From Epiperipatus broadwayi (Eukaryota > Animalia > Onychophora), in contig JAQFVV010000003.1 in NCBI GenBank assembly GCA_028023455.1, forward strand, positions 4,464,001 to 4,528,000: a DNA stretch of 64,000 bases. The letters are read 5' to 3'. Position numbers and translations under genes: made by a program. The notes beneath the pieces were generated by a model, which was not told the DNA's origin, did not search any database, and saw only the letters and a list, made by a program, of their open reading frames with translations. This document shows positions 25,623 through 38,378 of the stretch, piece by piece. How positions within the stretch are numbered: position 1 is the first letter of the stretch; the number at the start of each line of letters is the position of its first letter.

Positions 25623-26283
25623 TGTTCTTACTATATTTAAACTTTCAACTTTCATTTTGATTTTAAACCATTATTATTTATCAGAATATAATAACTTTGA
25701 CCTCATTTGATACATATTTTTGTTTAGAAATGAAATAAATTTTAAAAAAAATCACATTTGATTTTTGGAATTATTTTAAAAATTAGATTTTAATCAAAAC
25801 AAAATGCTGTCATATCATCAAATTTCATGTTGAACTGATTGAATTTGCAAAATGAATGAAATCTTTTTTGTTTGATGTTTGTTTTAAAAATCTGAATGAA
25901 TTATTTTTGATAATTACTAAATCTATGGATTTATGCTTTAAAAGTTTAAACTTTTTTTATAATTTTTATGATATTGCTAAATATTATAACAATCTGTTGA
26001 GTGATCTCATTTCTAGACTGCTGTGTTTCCCACAACCATAATCTCTATTCTTTTATATTTAAAAATAAAATGTTTCTTTAAAAATAAATATGTAATAATA
26101 TTTATTTTTATGTTTTAATAATTATTATACAATTACAATACAAATATAATCATAATCTTTCCAAAACATCAAGTTTTTAGACTATCATAATATTTTCTCA
26201 ATGACTGTAATATTTTTTCAGAATAATCTCACAAAGTTAGGGAGTGCACTGGCACAACTTGAGATGTCTTGATGGACCACCTA

Positions 26284-26353
26284 TTTGATTTTCCCACCAT
26301 CTTTTGAATTTTTTTCTATTTAAAAAAATTCAAAAGATGGTGGGAAAATCAAA
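26284..26353. repeat. Perfect 32-bp inverted repeat with 6-nt spacer
   Basis: TTTGATTTTCCCACCATCTTTTGAATTTTTTT-ctattt-AAAAAAATTCAAAAGATGGTGGGAAAATCAAA. Confidence 0.95.
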
Positions 26354-26699
26354 CTGTAAAAAAAAAAAGTTTTACAAAATTTTCACCAAGGCAAAAAATA
26401 CAAATTTAATTTCTAGAAATCTCAAATGAAGATTAACCATCTGGATAAAAACCCAGTTAATGCATGGACTTGAACTCATCATTTGAAAAAGCCAAATTAA
26501 CACTAAAAAGAACAATTTTATTTTAGTGGTAATATATACAAATGGCCTAAGACAGCTAGACTTGAAGATTCAGATGAATCAAGACCTCACCTCTTGTACA
26601 CTGGACCAATGATGTGCTAGAAACAATCAATGAGCACTTTAATAACACAATTCCAATGGGGCTGTTTACATTGTTAAGAATATTTTTTCTGCTCATTTG

Positions 26700-28157
26700 A
26701 TAGTAATATCTACCACAGATGCAAACATATCACTTTATTGTTTTCCATGATCATTGTTATATCAGGAGATAACTGAACATGGATGATGGAAACAATTTTA
26801 AAAATTGAAAACCACCCCAATCCCAGATAAGTCATTATTGAGTTTTTTGATATTAGCCAAAAGAATTGATTTCAGAAGCAAATCAAAACATTAGATAATT
26901 ATGTGATTATTATAGTTGACCAAGATCATCAAAATCATATTACTGGAATAATTAAAATCACATACTTTGGTTACAAAATACAAGATTTTTTTAAAAATGA
27001 TGAAACCATTTGGTAAAATAATAGCAGACATACCAATATATAGCAATAGATATCATTTTAAATTAAAGTTACACAAAGACATTAATCCAGAATCTATAGC
27101 AACATCTTGCAAGTCAGGAGGCCATTCTATGCCTATATATAAGAGGCTTAAAACCACAATGCTATCCAGTGGATCAACACCTGGACATACATTGCATTAA
27201 CAGCCAAGTCTAAGTTTAGCCAACACACAATTAATGCAACCAATGCCAATATAAAAATAGCAACAATCAACAGATACTCTTTAACAACTCAATGAATTAA
27301 CATAAAGGCAATCCTTATGCAAATGAAGTATTTAAACAAAGTCATGCAGAAGAAAACACACAGATACTTGACACTACAATAAATAACTTCAATAATGAAA
27401 ATGCAAGCTCTGATAAAATGGTTCCAAATCAAACACACATCTTACCTGATATATCAAAAACACCAGTCATATCAATCAATGATACATCAGACTTAAATCT
27501 AAATATATCCAATGACATACATAACTGCACCAAAATATAAGAAAACCACCAGAAAACATCATGGAGTCACTAACTCCATGCCTCCCTCCCATAGAAACAG
27601 CATCAACAAAAATAAAAAGATGACCTGGTTGCTCAAAGAAAAATGATTTAAAAAAGCCAAAACTTATAGTAACAGTAGCAGTAATGATTGACTACTTTAA
27701 CAAGGACTTGCATACCTATGATTTTTGACTGTGATCAAGCTATTGTTGGATGGTCACCAAGCTATAGAGTATATACTGAAGCTTCACAGATATTACACCA
27801 ACACCATGTGAAACAAACCTGCAGACAATCACACTAATGAAGTTCAAAATAATAGCATTCAATATTAAAGAACTTAACTCAATCACAAAAATACATCAGC
27901 TCAAACAATGGATAAAGATCACACAACCTCTTATCCCATGACTTCTTGAAATTAAAATCTATAGTATCTCACAGATTGACCCCTCAGCACACCTAACTAA
28001 ATAAAGCTACACGCATATTCTAGATATATCATCCCTCTCAAGATGAACTGGATTAATACACATCATTCTTCTCAGGGGGCATTGGACTGACACATCATCT
28101 TTCTCAGAGAACACTGGACTGCTTATAACACCAGGTTGTCCATTTCAGTTCTTCAAA

Positions 28158-28207
<50 letters not shown>

Positions 28208-30980
28208 ATATATGCAAATCTACTAATAGTAACTGTTCATCATCACAGTAAACATTATATTTGTGTACATCCCATCTGATCCTGGAAATATATCAAACAT
28301 TGTACTAAACATAAACTCATTACTTGGTTTTACTTCATATCCAACCATACTAATTGGTAATTTTAAGATGAATTATAAAGATTTTATATCAAAGCAGCTA
28401 TATCAAATATAAATACCAGGTTTTTCTGCCAAATGATACAATTACATTTCACAATGGTCATTATATATCAAATTAACCTGTGTTTTTTATTCACCTATGT
28501 TACACCATCTAATCATCTTAAACATTAACCTTTCACGTTCATCTGATCACTCTGCACAAACTATGTTGATTAACCTAGTGGACACATGGTAAAAATGATT
28601 AGAATTCTGTTTCCAATTGCTACTTCAAAATTTATTTTGTCAGAGACATATATAATGTTTCAGAAAATCATTAATATGCTTGTCAGAGACATACATAATG
28701 TTTCAGAAAATCATTAATATGATCCTTATTACCATCCAAAGATATCCAGCATTCATAAATATTTTATCATTTAATATAGATCATACTACATGCAAATTCC
28801 CCCTTACAGACTACTAGCTTTGGCTGATGAAACACTTAGATGTATTACAAATGTTGAATCCAATACACACCACTCATTAACATATATGCAAGAATACTCA
28901 AGCATAAAATAATGTCAATAACAATCTTAAAACTACCTAGCAAGAAAAAAAAGTAAAATCTTCTGGAGGCATCAGCATACATGAGTCCTCAAATACCCAT
29001 CCACTTCCAGAGTACCAATGGCATTCACAGCTGAGGGAATCATATATGTAGGTAATAACATATTAAAACCAATTTATCATCTTTTAAACAAAATCTACAA
29101 ACATACCACCCATTCAAGCTCCTTTCTTCTGTTTTTGAATAACCAATAAAACTCCATTAAACAGCACAGAATTTGCCATTAAACTGGCTGCAGTACTTAA
29201 TACATGTCACCCCAAAATTTGTCTTTTTATATCTATGTTCACTACTTAATATATGTGTGACATTGCAAATTATCTATCACAGAAGCTATATGATATCCAG
29301 GGTTTATACCCAGTTGCAATAGTCCACTTCAACAAAATGTCTCCATATCAACCCTTTACAATCTCTGTCCATTTCAATGGGACCACTAGCTATAAAAATA
29401 AGCAAAAAAGTGCCAAGGATAGCATAGAGACATAAATTCTACCACTAATCTTACACAGCCAGTTTGCAAGGAAGCAATCATCTATTGCCCAAGCTGTGAT
29501 AATCTTCAAAGCAGTCTTAAATTTGGTTCAGGGATAGAAACATATGTACCAATTGCAGTTCAACTTGATATAAAAATAGTTTTTGACTCAGTCAACATTA
29601 ATACATTAATTAACATGTTGGCTGTGCACTCATCTTTATCTGCTCACTAACCTGCTACTTAGTGGTGAAATCCACATCATGCTCAGTGGCAAAAACTCTC
29701 TACCATTCAACCTCACACAATCAATTTCCCATGATTCCCCACTCAGCTCACTACTGTTTATCTTTTACATAAACTCACACATACTTATAATGTAACAAGA
29801 TACTATGCACATAACAACATAAGCCTGCTTTGTGTATATGGATGCCATTGTAGTCCACCTCTCTTCTAGGAAACAGATACCAATACTGCAGAAAATACTT
29901 CAAGATTTTGAATCAACACACCAACTTAAGTTTAATAAGAGTAAAACTGCTGCCAGTAAGCTATTAACACAAATTTTCCAAGGCAAATCACCTGCTTTCC
30001 TCAACTTTTTCTTCTATATGGGGATCCACACAATGAAACACAAAATCCAGAACAAGTTAAAAGATGAAATAGAAAGGATCACTACTTCTCTATCAAAAGC
30101 ATACCTCTCAATATAAGCTAAAGTACAATTATTCAACCAGCTAGTAGTCACCAAAATAACTTTTTTATTCTCCTATAATTCAATTCTCCAAGGCTTTCAC
30201 ATCAAACATCTTTTTATATTGTAATAAGCTTCTATGGAATAGAAATGCAGTGTCAATATCTGCAAGATGCCATAGACATCCAACAATTATAAACACAATT
30301 ATATATTTTCTAAATATAAAAGACTGCAAACCTTATAATAACCACTCTCAGACATTTCCCAGAAATTCAATGTCTAATCCTGATAATACCTACAGATAAA
30401 CCTCCACCTTCACATTACTACCTATCATTAGTTATCAATTGTTACAACCAAACATACTCAAATATCACTGCAAACAATTATAAAGTATTCATATTGACAG
30501 ATTTATGCTCTGGTAAACCCAGACCATGCACTAAACATTTCCATCTAGATGCTTAGAATCAACAACTGACAGCTTCTTAAAAACTTAAAAAATGGTCCAT
30601 GAAGCTCAAATGTTTTGATTTCCTCCTTACACTAATTCTATATATTTACCAACATCATACTCCCTAAGATATAGATGCCTGTATACCAAATAGTCCTCTT
30701 ATACACACTGCCACTGAGCAGAAAAAACTCAGCAACATCTGTTTAGGAACTGCTCAGCACTACACAACTTTCAGCATGAAATAATTAACATATGCAGACA
30801 ACCAAACATCTTCCTGCAGGATATCATGAGCTCATACCACGTCCATCTATTCCCACAGTCTTTACAGTGACTTTCATGCTCTATGCACTCTGGTGCACAT
30901 TTGCTTTTGACAATAATATAAAGTGACATACATCAACATTTCATAACAAATTAAAAAACAAAAACAATAAAATAGTATAC
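26700..30980 (+). mobile_element. Near full-length, heavily decayed LINE (Tx1/L1-like)
   Basis: Motifs in the expected order: ORF1 with CCHC knuckle (QCY..G S.PGH, about 27155-27200); APE (TILIGNF about 28345, SDH 28542); RT (LDIKIVFDSV about 29565, PHDSPLSSLLF, YMDA 29835, LKFNKSKT, YMG); C-terminal C-x2-C...HLF..C about 30700-30755. Boundaries approximate. Confidence 0.8.
28162..28212. repeat. (TA)n microsatellite inside the LINE
   Basis: Direct reading. Confidence 0.95.
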
Positions 30981-31646
30981 TCCCTGAGTATTTTTACAGC
31001 CAGTTGGTCACTTATAAGATAATGATCAAATCTCTAATTAGTAAATGTTTTGTCATTTTTCAAATAAAACACTTAAAAAAAATGGTTGACTAAAATTCAC
31101 ACAAATGCAAAGGCAGAAAAACACACTCAAATATAGGTTTAACATAATTAATCAAGATAGAAAGCCATAAACTTACAATGTCTAGTATTACTACACTCAA
31201 AAATGTAAGAAAATAGACATCACAAAAAGAATGATATATAATAATAAAACATAAATAATATTGCCAGAAGGATCATATTCTAGCTCACAAAAACAATATC
31301 TGAAGACTATCAAACTGTTTCAAAGCTTATATGTGAATAAAAATATGTACTGAATACATGTGTATTAGTTATAACCAAATGTACAAAGTTATACAACTTT
31401 GAGAAACAATTTAAATCAAACAAATGGACTATAACATTCTAACTAAAGCCATGTAAATCCTGTTAATATAAACTTTTACATAAATCCATTTCACACCCAT
31501 TTTATATCTGTAACGACTCACACAGTATTTATTTAGACACAGTATACATGAACACCAATGTAGGCACATGTATATGGAAAGTATTAATGTAGCCTTGTTT
31601 TTTTAGTCTTAATAAAGTTTCTTTTTGAAATAATAGTAACAACAAG

Positions 31647-31920
<274 letters not shown>

Positions 31921-32288
31921 GAATTAGTTATATAGGAGATTATGGATATTAGAGCACAAGAAATGACCAACTAAGAAGTTGATCTAGGAGCCTTTAGCTT
32001 TCAAATCTATAACTTTGATACTCTACCAAATTCTTAGATCATTATTATCTTTACAGGAGTTGTCTTTAAATTAGATAGGTAATTGAGAATAGTTTATTCA
32101 AATACCTTTTAACAATTTACATATTTAAAAAATTGTAAAATTTAATCTGCGCCATTCAAATATTTGAGACATTTGCAATATATTATATTAAAAATTAATT
32201 ATCAGTTGTTTGTAAAACTATTAAACTTTACACACACACACACTTAAAGCATATGATTAAAAATATATGTGGAAAAAACAAATAATTC

Positions 32289-32328
32289 TTAAGATGCATT
32301 TCTGGAAGAACAAACTTTCATCAGCTAG
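32289..32328 (-). ncRNA. Minimal hammerhead motif, ATGCAT stem-III family
   Basis: CTAG-CTGATGA-AAG(tttgtt)CTT-cca-GAAA-TGCA-TC-TTAAG: both catalytic boxes intact, palindrome ATGCAT, stem I weak (3 bp). The host repeat resembles the 37 kb element. Confidence 0.55.
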
Positions 32329-33084
32329 TCAAAATCCTTGCCTAACAAATGTCTTCATTATCATAATTTAATATTTATCCATAACAAATTATTATAATTC
32401 CGTTTACAAGTGTAACATTTTTTGAATGCACTCATTTGATAATATGATTTTAAACAAATATGCTAAGAATTATTTCTATTTATTTTATTGAGTCATCTGA
32501 AATGTATTTTGGAGATTCTTGTCTATATGTTTTAAGTATGTGTAAAGTATTATGATATGATTAATAAACTATATACGAATAAAACACAAATGAGATGAGT
32601 CGAATAATATTTAGATGGAATTTAATAATTAATATATTAATTAAATTTATATTGACTAAAAAGTTAAATAATTTATAATCTAATAAAATGATAAGTAATA
32701 ATCTTTAATATATTTATCTATAATAATATCGAATGAAGATATCAACAAAAAAATAATATCGAATGAATGCATTAAAAAAATGTACACATGTAAACTGAAT
32801 TGTATCTTTTATTGTCTGATTATTGGATTGCACTTCAAAGATATAGTTTGAAAAAAAAACGGAATTTAAGAAAAATATTTGACTCTATTCCAAAGTCATT
32901 ATTTGTAAATTTGAGCAATCACTGCAATATTAGATGGTAGTGCTTTTATATCCACATCTTTTATCCCTTCAGCATTGAGAATTTTTAATCCTAATTGCTA
33001 ATATATGATTAATAAGTTCAAAAATTGTAAATATTTAATGAAAATTAAAATTTATAATAGTGCATACTTTTTTATATATTCTAG

Positions 33085-33419
33085 GTTATTTGAGATCACC
33101 TTTTCTCCAACTTCAAAGAGCTCCAACACCGTGGCCTTTGTTAGTAATGGAGCGGTCATCCAAAGATGCTTTTGAAGATTGTAATTGTCCAATAACTGTT
33201 GACAGTCCAACACATTCCTCAAAAAGTCAGCCATCAGATGTTGAAGGATTTGTAACTCCACCGTGCACTCCATATAGTTTATCTGATACTCCGTCAAATT
33301 CTCTTAAGATGCTTGACAGTGCTTATCTAAATGAAAAATTAAAAGACAGAAACCGTGATTCATCTGTTAACTTTTCATGTCCATCGAAATCTGATGTCAC
33401 AGAGACAATTATTAAAAGG
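33085..33419 (+). CDS. Candidate internal exon of an unidentified host gene (Ser/Pro/Thr-rich)
   Basis: Open for 111 codons with GC above background. Acceptor tttatatattctag, donor AGG|gtaatg. Reads YLRSPFLQLQRAPTPWPLL...EGFVTPPCTP...ETIIKR. Confidence 0.55.
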
Positions 33420-34099
33420 GTAATGCAACTTTTTCTAACTAATATATTAATTTTTGATTCAAATATGAGAAATTTAACAAAAATGATAATATCAAATATA
33501 GATGAAAATGTATAAAATTATGCTTTCATTAGCAATTGCTTCATTTTAAAAAATATATATATATATAAGTGAATAAGTAGATCGAATTGGCTTTAAATCT
33601 TAGGTTGTTTGAGAATATCAGATCATTACCTTGAATAGTATAACATGAGTTCTGATCGGATGCTGCATAATAATTTCTTCTGTTTGAATAAAGACCAATC
33701 ATCCAGAGACCAATGATTGTGAGGTCAAATGACTTTTTATAGATAAAGTTAAAAGTTTCTGTGCATAGATAATAATAATATGCATACTGTTAGTCAAGTT
33801 ACTCACTATTTATTTTTAAAAACATTATTAGCCATTGTTAATTGGTCTACTTTTTTTCTTTGCTTATTATTTCCTTCCAATATGCCATCATCAAATTATT
33901 TTCCCAACATTGACACATGTTTTTACTTTTTCCATTTTAATATCCTAGTCTTACACTTTTTATTCTTGTCATAAAGACTTCAACAATAACAATAAAAAAT
34001 TATTATCACTTTTTGTTATCATTATCTCATGTTTCTATCTCTTTCTATGCAATTATTTTGACTTTCCACTAATATCATATAAACCAAAAATAAATGTTC

Positions 34100-35150
34100 A
34101 ACACTTTATTCTCCATATCTATATAAACTACATCTATAATCCAAATTCTTACCTCATTTTGCCCCCCTTTTCTTGATTCAAAATTCCTATCATTATTATT
34201 AACATTACTATTTTTTAAAATTCTTATTCATGCCTCTACTTTTTCCTCACTCTAATCAACTTAGCTAGCTTCTTTTCCTACCCATCATAATTATATATTT
34301 GCAATGTATTTTGTGCATATTTATATATTAACATTTGATTTTGGATATTGTAAAAACTTTCCAGCCCATTATGCATATTGTTCGTTTCTTTTATATAATT
34401 CCATTAAACACTATTTTTTACTAATCTGTTTTCATTTCATCCTATTTTGAGTACTCATTTGTTTTTAACAACATTCTGCCAAATGCTTATCTACCTAATT
34501 TATTGTGGATTCTATCTGAAAACTTCTAAGTTCTCGGCCAATGCAAAGTTTCTCATTTCAGAAGTTAAAGCACATGCCAAAATACCATTCCAAATTATTC
34601 AATATGCTATTTATTCTGCATAGATATTTATTATGTGAGAAATATACTACAATTTAAGACCCATTTCATGTTTTGCTTTTTATGTTTTTATAATTTATTT
34701 TTTCATATTACAAAATACTACCTAATTACCAATACTCTTTCACGTCTTTCCCTTAATTTTTACATATTAAAATGTTTCCTCATTGAATTTAATTGTCATG
34801 TTTTTTCTTACTTCTGTACATTTTTCTAATAAAATCTCATATCATTGACAAAAGAAAGCTATCTTATTATATATTGTCTGTTTGGTAATCCCCACCCTTT
34901 CTCTAACATTTCTATCTCAATCTTCAGTTGTCTTAGGAACCAAATAAAAATAACAATAGGGACAATTAAAAGTATGTTTAACTTTCACAGATTCTTTAAT
35001 TTACAATTGCTATTTATTAAAATTATCCTTATAAAAATCTTTATTCTTAACGACCCCAAATTTATTTACATTTTTTTAAGGTTACTCCAAAATTTAATAT
35101 TGCCATCCTATATTAAGTTTTTTTAATGCTTTTATATTAACTTGCCCTAT
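34100..35150 (-). mobile_element. Decayed L1/Tx1-like RT fragment
   Basis: LSLLLFLF (LSPLLF-like), FVND (YADD-like) and HNGLE (GGLG-like) occur in order, with many stops. Confidence 0.4.
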
Positions 35151-36093
35151 TCATGTATGATTCTGTCTATATATCCATATGTTCACATTTCTGAATTTTT
35201 AACGATAGTTTCGGATTTTATGAGCTATGACGTATTACACTTAGCATGTTTTTTGCCGGTAAGATTTCGTCGAAGATTAGATATATGTTATCATGGCAAC
35301 TAAGACACTGGCATGACTAATCTATGGAAAAGTTATTTTTTATCGTACTGATCCACGTAGTGACCCATGAGATTTAAGTCGAGAGAGTATGTCAAATTTT
35401 TTCATTCTGTCTTTTGTAAGTACGCCGTTAATGGAGTCAGTACATACATTTTTTTGTGCTTTTTTAGACTTTTGTATTGAGATTTTCCAGAGATTTTTTT
35501 GATGTAAGTTGCTTAAAGTTGTATTATTTGATTAATACTATAATATTTTGTGCTTTTCCATACTATTTTCTCTTTTTTTTAGTGTGTTCAGATTAATACT
35601 TTGTGTTTTTGTAATTAACAGATAATAATTTGGAGTGGCTGTATTTCTTTTTTATTTTTGAGCATTTTTAGATTAATACTATAATATTTTTTTTGAATTT
35701 TACGTCCGTTTTGGGCTTTTCCAATTTTACATCCATTTTGGGCTTTTCCATACTATAATATTTTTTAAATTTACAGATTTGTGTCCATACATATTTTTTT
35801 ATAATAGACAATCACATGATATTTAAATGTAAAATTTGTTGCTTAGAGAGTGTATTTTTTATTTTCATGTCTTAGTATTAAATTATACTTTTTGTCAGAT
35901 TTTTTTGTAGTTTTAATAATTTTTTAAAAATATGTAAATATAACAAAAAGTAAAAAATAATATATAAACTTTTTTTAAAAAATAATATTTTTATGTAAAT
36001 AGCTGATTAAAAAATAAAATAATAAAGTAATCCACTTCACAGTTAATTTGCCATTTTTGGCAAATATCAGAGATCTTAAGACTCTACATTTGT

Positions 36094-36201
36094 AAATTGC
36101 AGGGATATTGTCATTTTATAAAAGCATTTGAGGCCTTTTTGATTTTTATGATTTATTTAAGCCTCAAATGTTTTTATGAAATGACAATATTTTTGCAATT
36201 T
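36094..36201. repeat. Imperfect hairpin, about 41-bp arms
   Basis: AAATTGCAGGGATATTGTCATTTTATAAAAGCATTTGAGGC ... GCCTCAAATGTTTTTATGAAATGACAATATTTTTGCAATTT. Confidence 0.8.
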
Positions 36202-36999
36202 CCAATTGTTTTATAACAAATCTAGATAAAAGCATTATTAAAATTTTTTTTTATATATTATTTATATCTAAAAATAAAATTAATAATTATTTATTTTCCC
36301 TATAAAATTATTTAATTAACTTAGTAACATGAAAAAATTATTCTCTATTCAATTCTAAGCAATATCCATTCTAAATATTCTCTAAGACTTTATGCTTTTT
36401 TAGCTAACTCCTAATCTTATTCATATCTAAATATATTAACATTTTATAAATTAAGAAAGTTATGTTACCAGTCAATAGTTAGTTAACTTTTTTCTCTCTC
36501 TTGCTCTGTTTAGATAATCTAATTCTAACATCATTCTGATTCTCCAGATTCTTATTATTAATGTTATTAAAATTTTCTCTTAAATCCAATCATTCCAGTA
36601 TCTTTTTATATTTTTATCATTTTATCTATTCCCCTTGCTTTGTAAATCTATCTATTAATCTTCTTAATTAATTTCTTTAATAGATCAAACTCATCAATTC
36701 TTTATTACTCAAAGTTTTTATTACAAACCCTTAAAAATATTTTCTTTTCTTTCTTATTCTCATATTTTCAGCCCCACTGATTTTATTTTTCTAATATATC
36801 TCCAATTTTTTATTATTATTTATTTACAAGTGTCAAACTCATTCCACTCACAACTTTGACATTATCAACTATAGATAAATGCAATAATGATTATCACTAA
36901 TCATTTACTAAACTAGAGATTATCTCTAGCACAGATATAAATGTTAGACCTTAGTTAAAGATTAATATATCTTATTTCTATAATTAAACACACACACAC

Positions 37000-37430
37000 A
37001 CATGGAATTATTCACATTTCTCTTTTCCATGTAATATCTTTATAAATATAGCAAATAACCTCCACACTTCCATATATTTTTTAAAATCATATAAATAACA
37101 ATACAATAAAAGGCAAATGACTCCCAAGATACATTTTGTGCTAAAACAACATATATTTCCTTTATATGTAGGTATATTTTGATTTACAACTGTCACACTC
37201 ATTTCACTCACAACTTTGACACTATCCATCTTCAAAATTATGAGTGGAGTGAGTTTGCCATTTATAAATCAAAATGTAACAATTTACTATGGGCTAACTG
37301 ATGAAAGCTGCTTCAATACAAAATGCATTTTGGGTATAATTTGTCTTTTATTGTATCTTTATTTATATGATTTTAAAAGAATATGTGGAAATATGGAGAT
37401 TATTTGACGATTTTTTAATAACCTTTTTTT
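37000..37430. mobile_element. Divergent inverted pair of a short HHR-bearing repeat (pseudo-LTR-like)
   Basis: 37008-37232 (minus) and 37233-37430 (plus) are homologous. Plus arm HHR-like motif at 37294-37333: CTAA-CTGATGA-...-CAAAA-TGCA-TT-TTGG. The left end runs into (CA)n. Confidence 0.65.
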
Positions 37431-37969
37431 TTGCAGTTGCTAAATTTTTGATAATTTTTTTATTAAGCTGCATGTCATTTCTGTTCTAATTTTCAAGCTA
37501 TCTTTACTACTTTCTTTATTTCTTTTTGTAATATTACTATTATCTTATGTTCATTGAATATTTAAATTTACAATAAATATCCCTGAAGTAGAATGAAGAA
37601 AATTGAATCTGAAAGCATGTTAAATGTGAATTGAGAAAGTCTTGTAAAAACTATTGAAGAATGACACTTAACTAAATAGTAAAAGTCAACAAAAACTTTT
37701 AGTAATCGTATCTGATTACATTTAATGTGGATAGTCAGAAAATTAATTGCATGAATGAAATGTACTCTACAATTAGCAGTGATCTCTATTTACATTCTAG
37801 CCAATTAATAAATATTTTTATTTTTATACAGCACAGTTTTTATTGTAATATCTTTGGGGGTTTCATTTACTCCTGAAGATATTCTAGACAATTATACAAA
37901 TATTGATTTAAATATATATTTTTATTAAGCACAAATGAGTATATGTAAATACTCAATGAAAGGCTTTAA

Positions 37970-38378
37970 CCTTTGGCACTGCACTCTGAATATATTTTAA
38001 TGCTAGAGGGACCTCCCCAAATCTTGACACAAGATTACGACTTTATAAAGATAAGAGGGGATTTCTTATCTTTAACCTAACTTTTAATTAAATAGGTGAA
38101 TCTGAAGCATCTTGATTTGAGAGTGTGAAGCTGTTGATTTCATGAATTGTAAGATTTCATGAATATTAGTTTTTAAAAGAAATAGTGGACTTAAACAGTG
38201 AAAAAAATCAACAGATTTAAGCTCTCAAATCAAGATGCTTCAGATTTGCCTATTTAATTAGAAAGTTATGTTAAAGATAAAAATGCCACTATTATCTTTA
38301 TAAAGTCATAATCTTGTATCAAGATTTGGCAGGGTCCTTCTAGCATTAAAATATATTCAGAGAGTGCAGTGCCAAAGG
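37970..38378. mobile_element. MITE with long TIRs and TTAA TSD (piggyBac-like)
   Basis: TTAA|CCTTTGGCACTGCACTCTGAATATATTTTAATGCTAGA... and ...TCTAGCATTAAAATATATTCAGAGAGTGCAGTGCCAAAGG|TTAA. The arms pair for roughly 170 bp. Confidence 0.88.

Noticed and set aside
28818-28865. TTGG-CTGATGA-AACA...TGTT-GAAT-CCAA hammerhead candidate
   Set aside because: No GAAA box or stem III, and it lies inside LINE ORF2. A chance match.
33052-33297. Minus-strand 81-aa ORF as a separate gene
   Set aside because: It overlaps the plus-strand exon candidate, and all frames from the nearest minus-strand acceptor hit stops before it. Treated as a shadow ORF.
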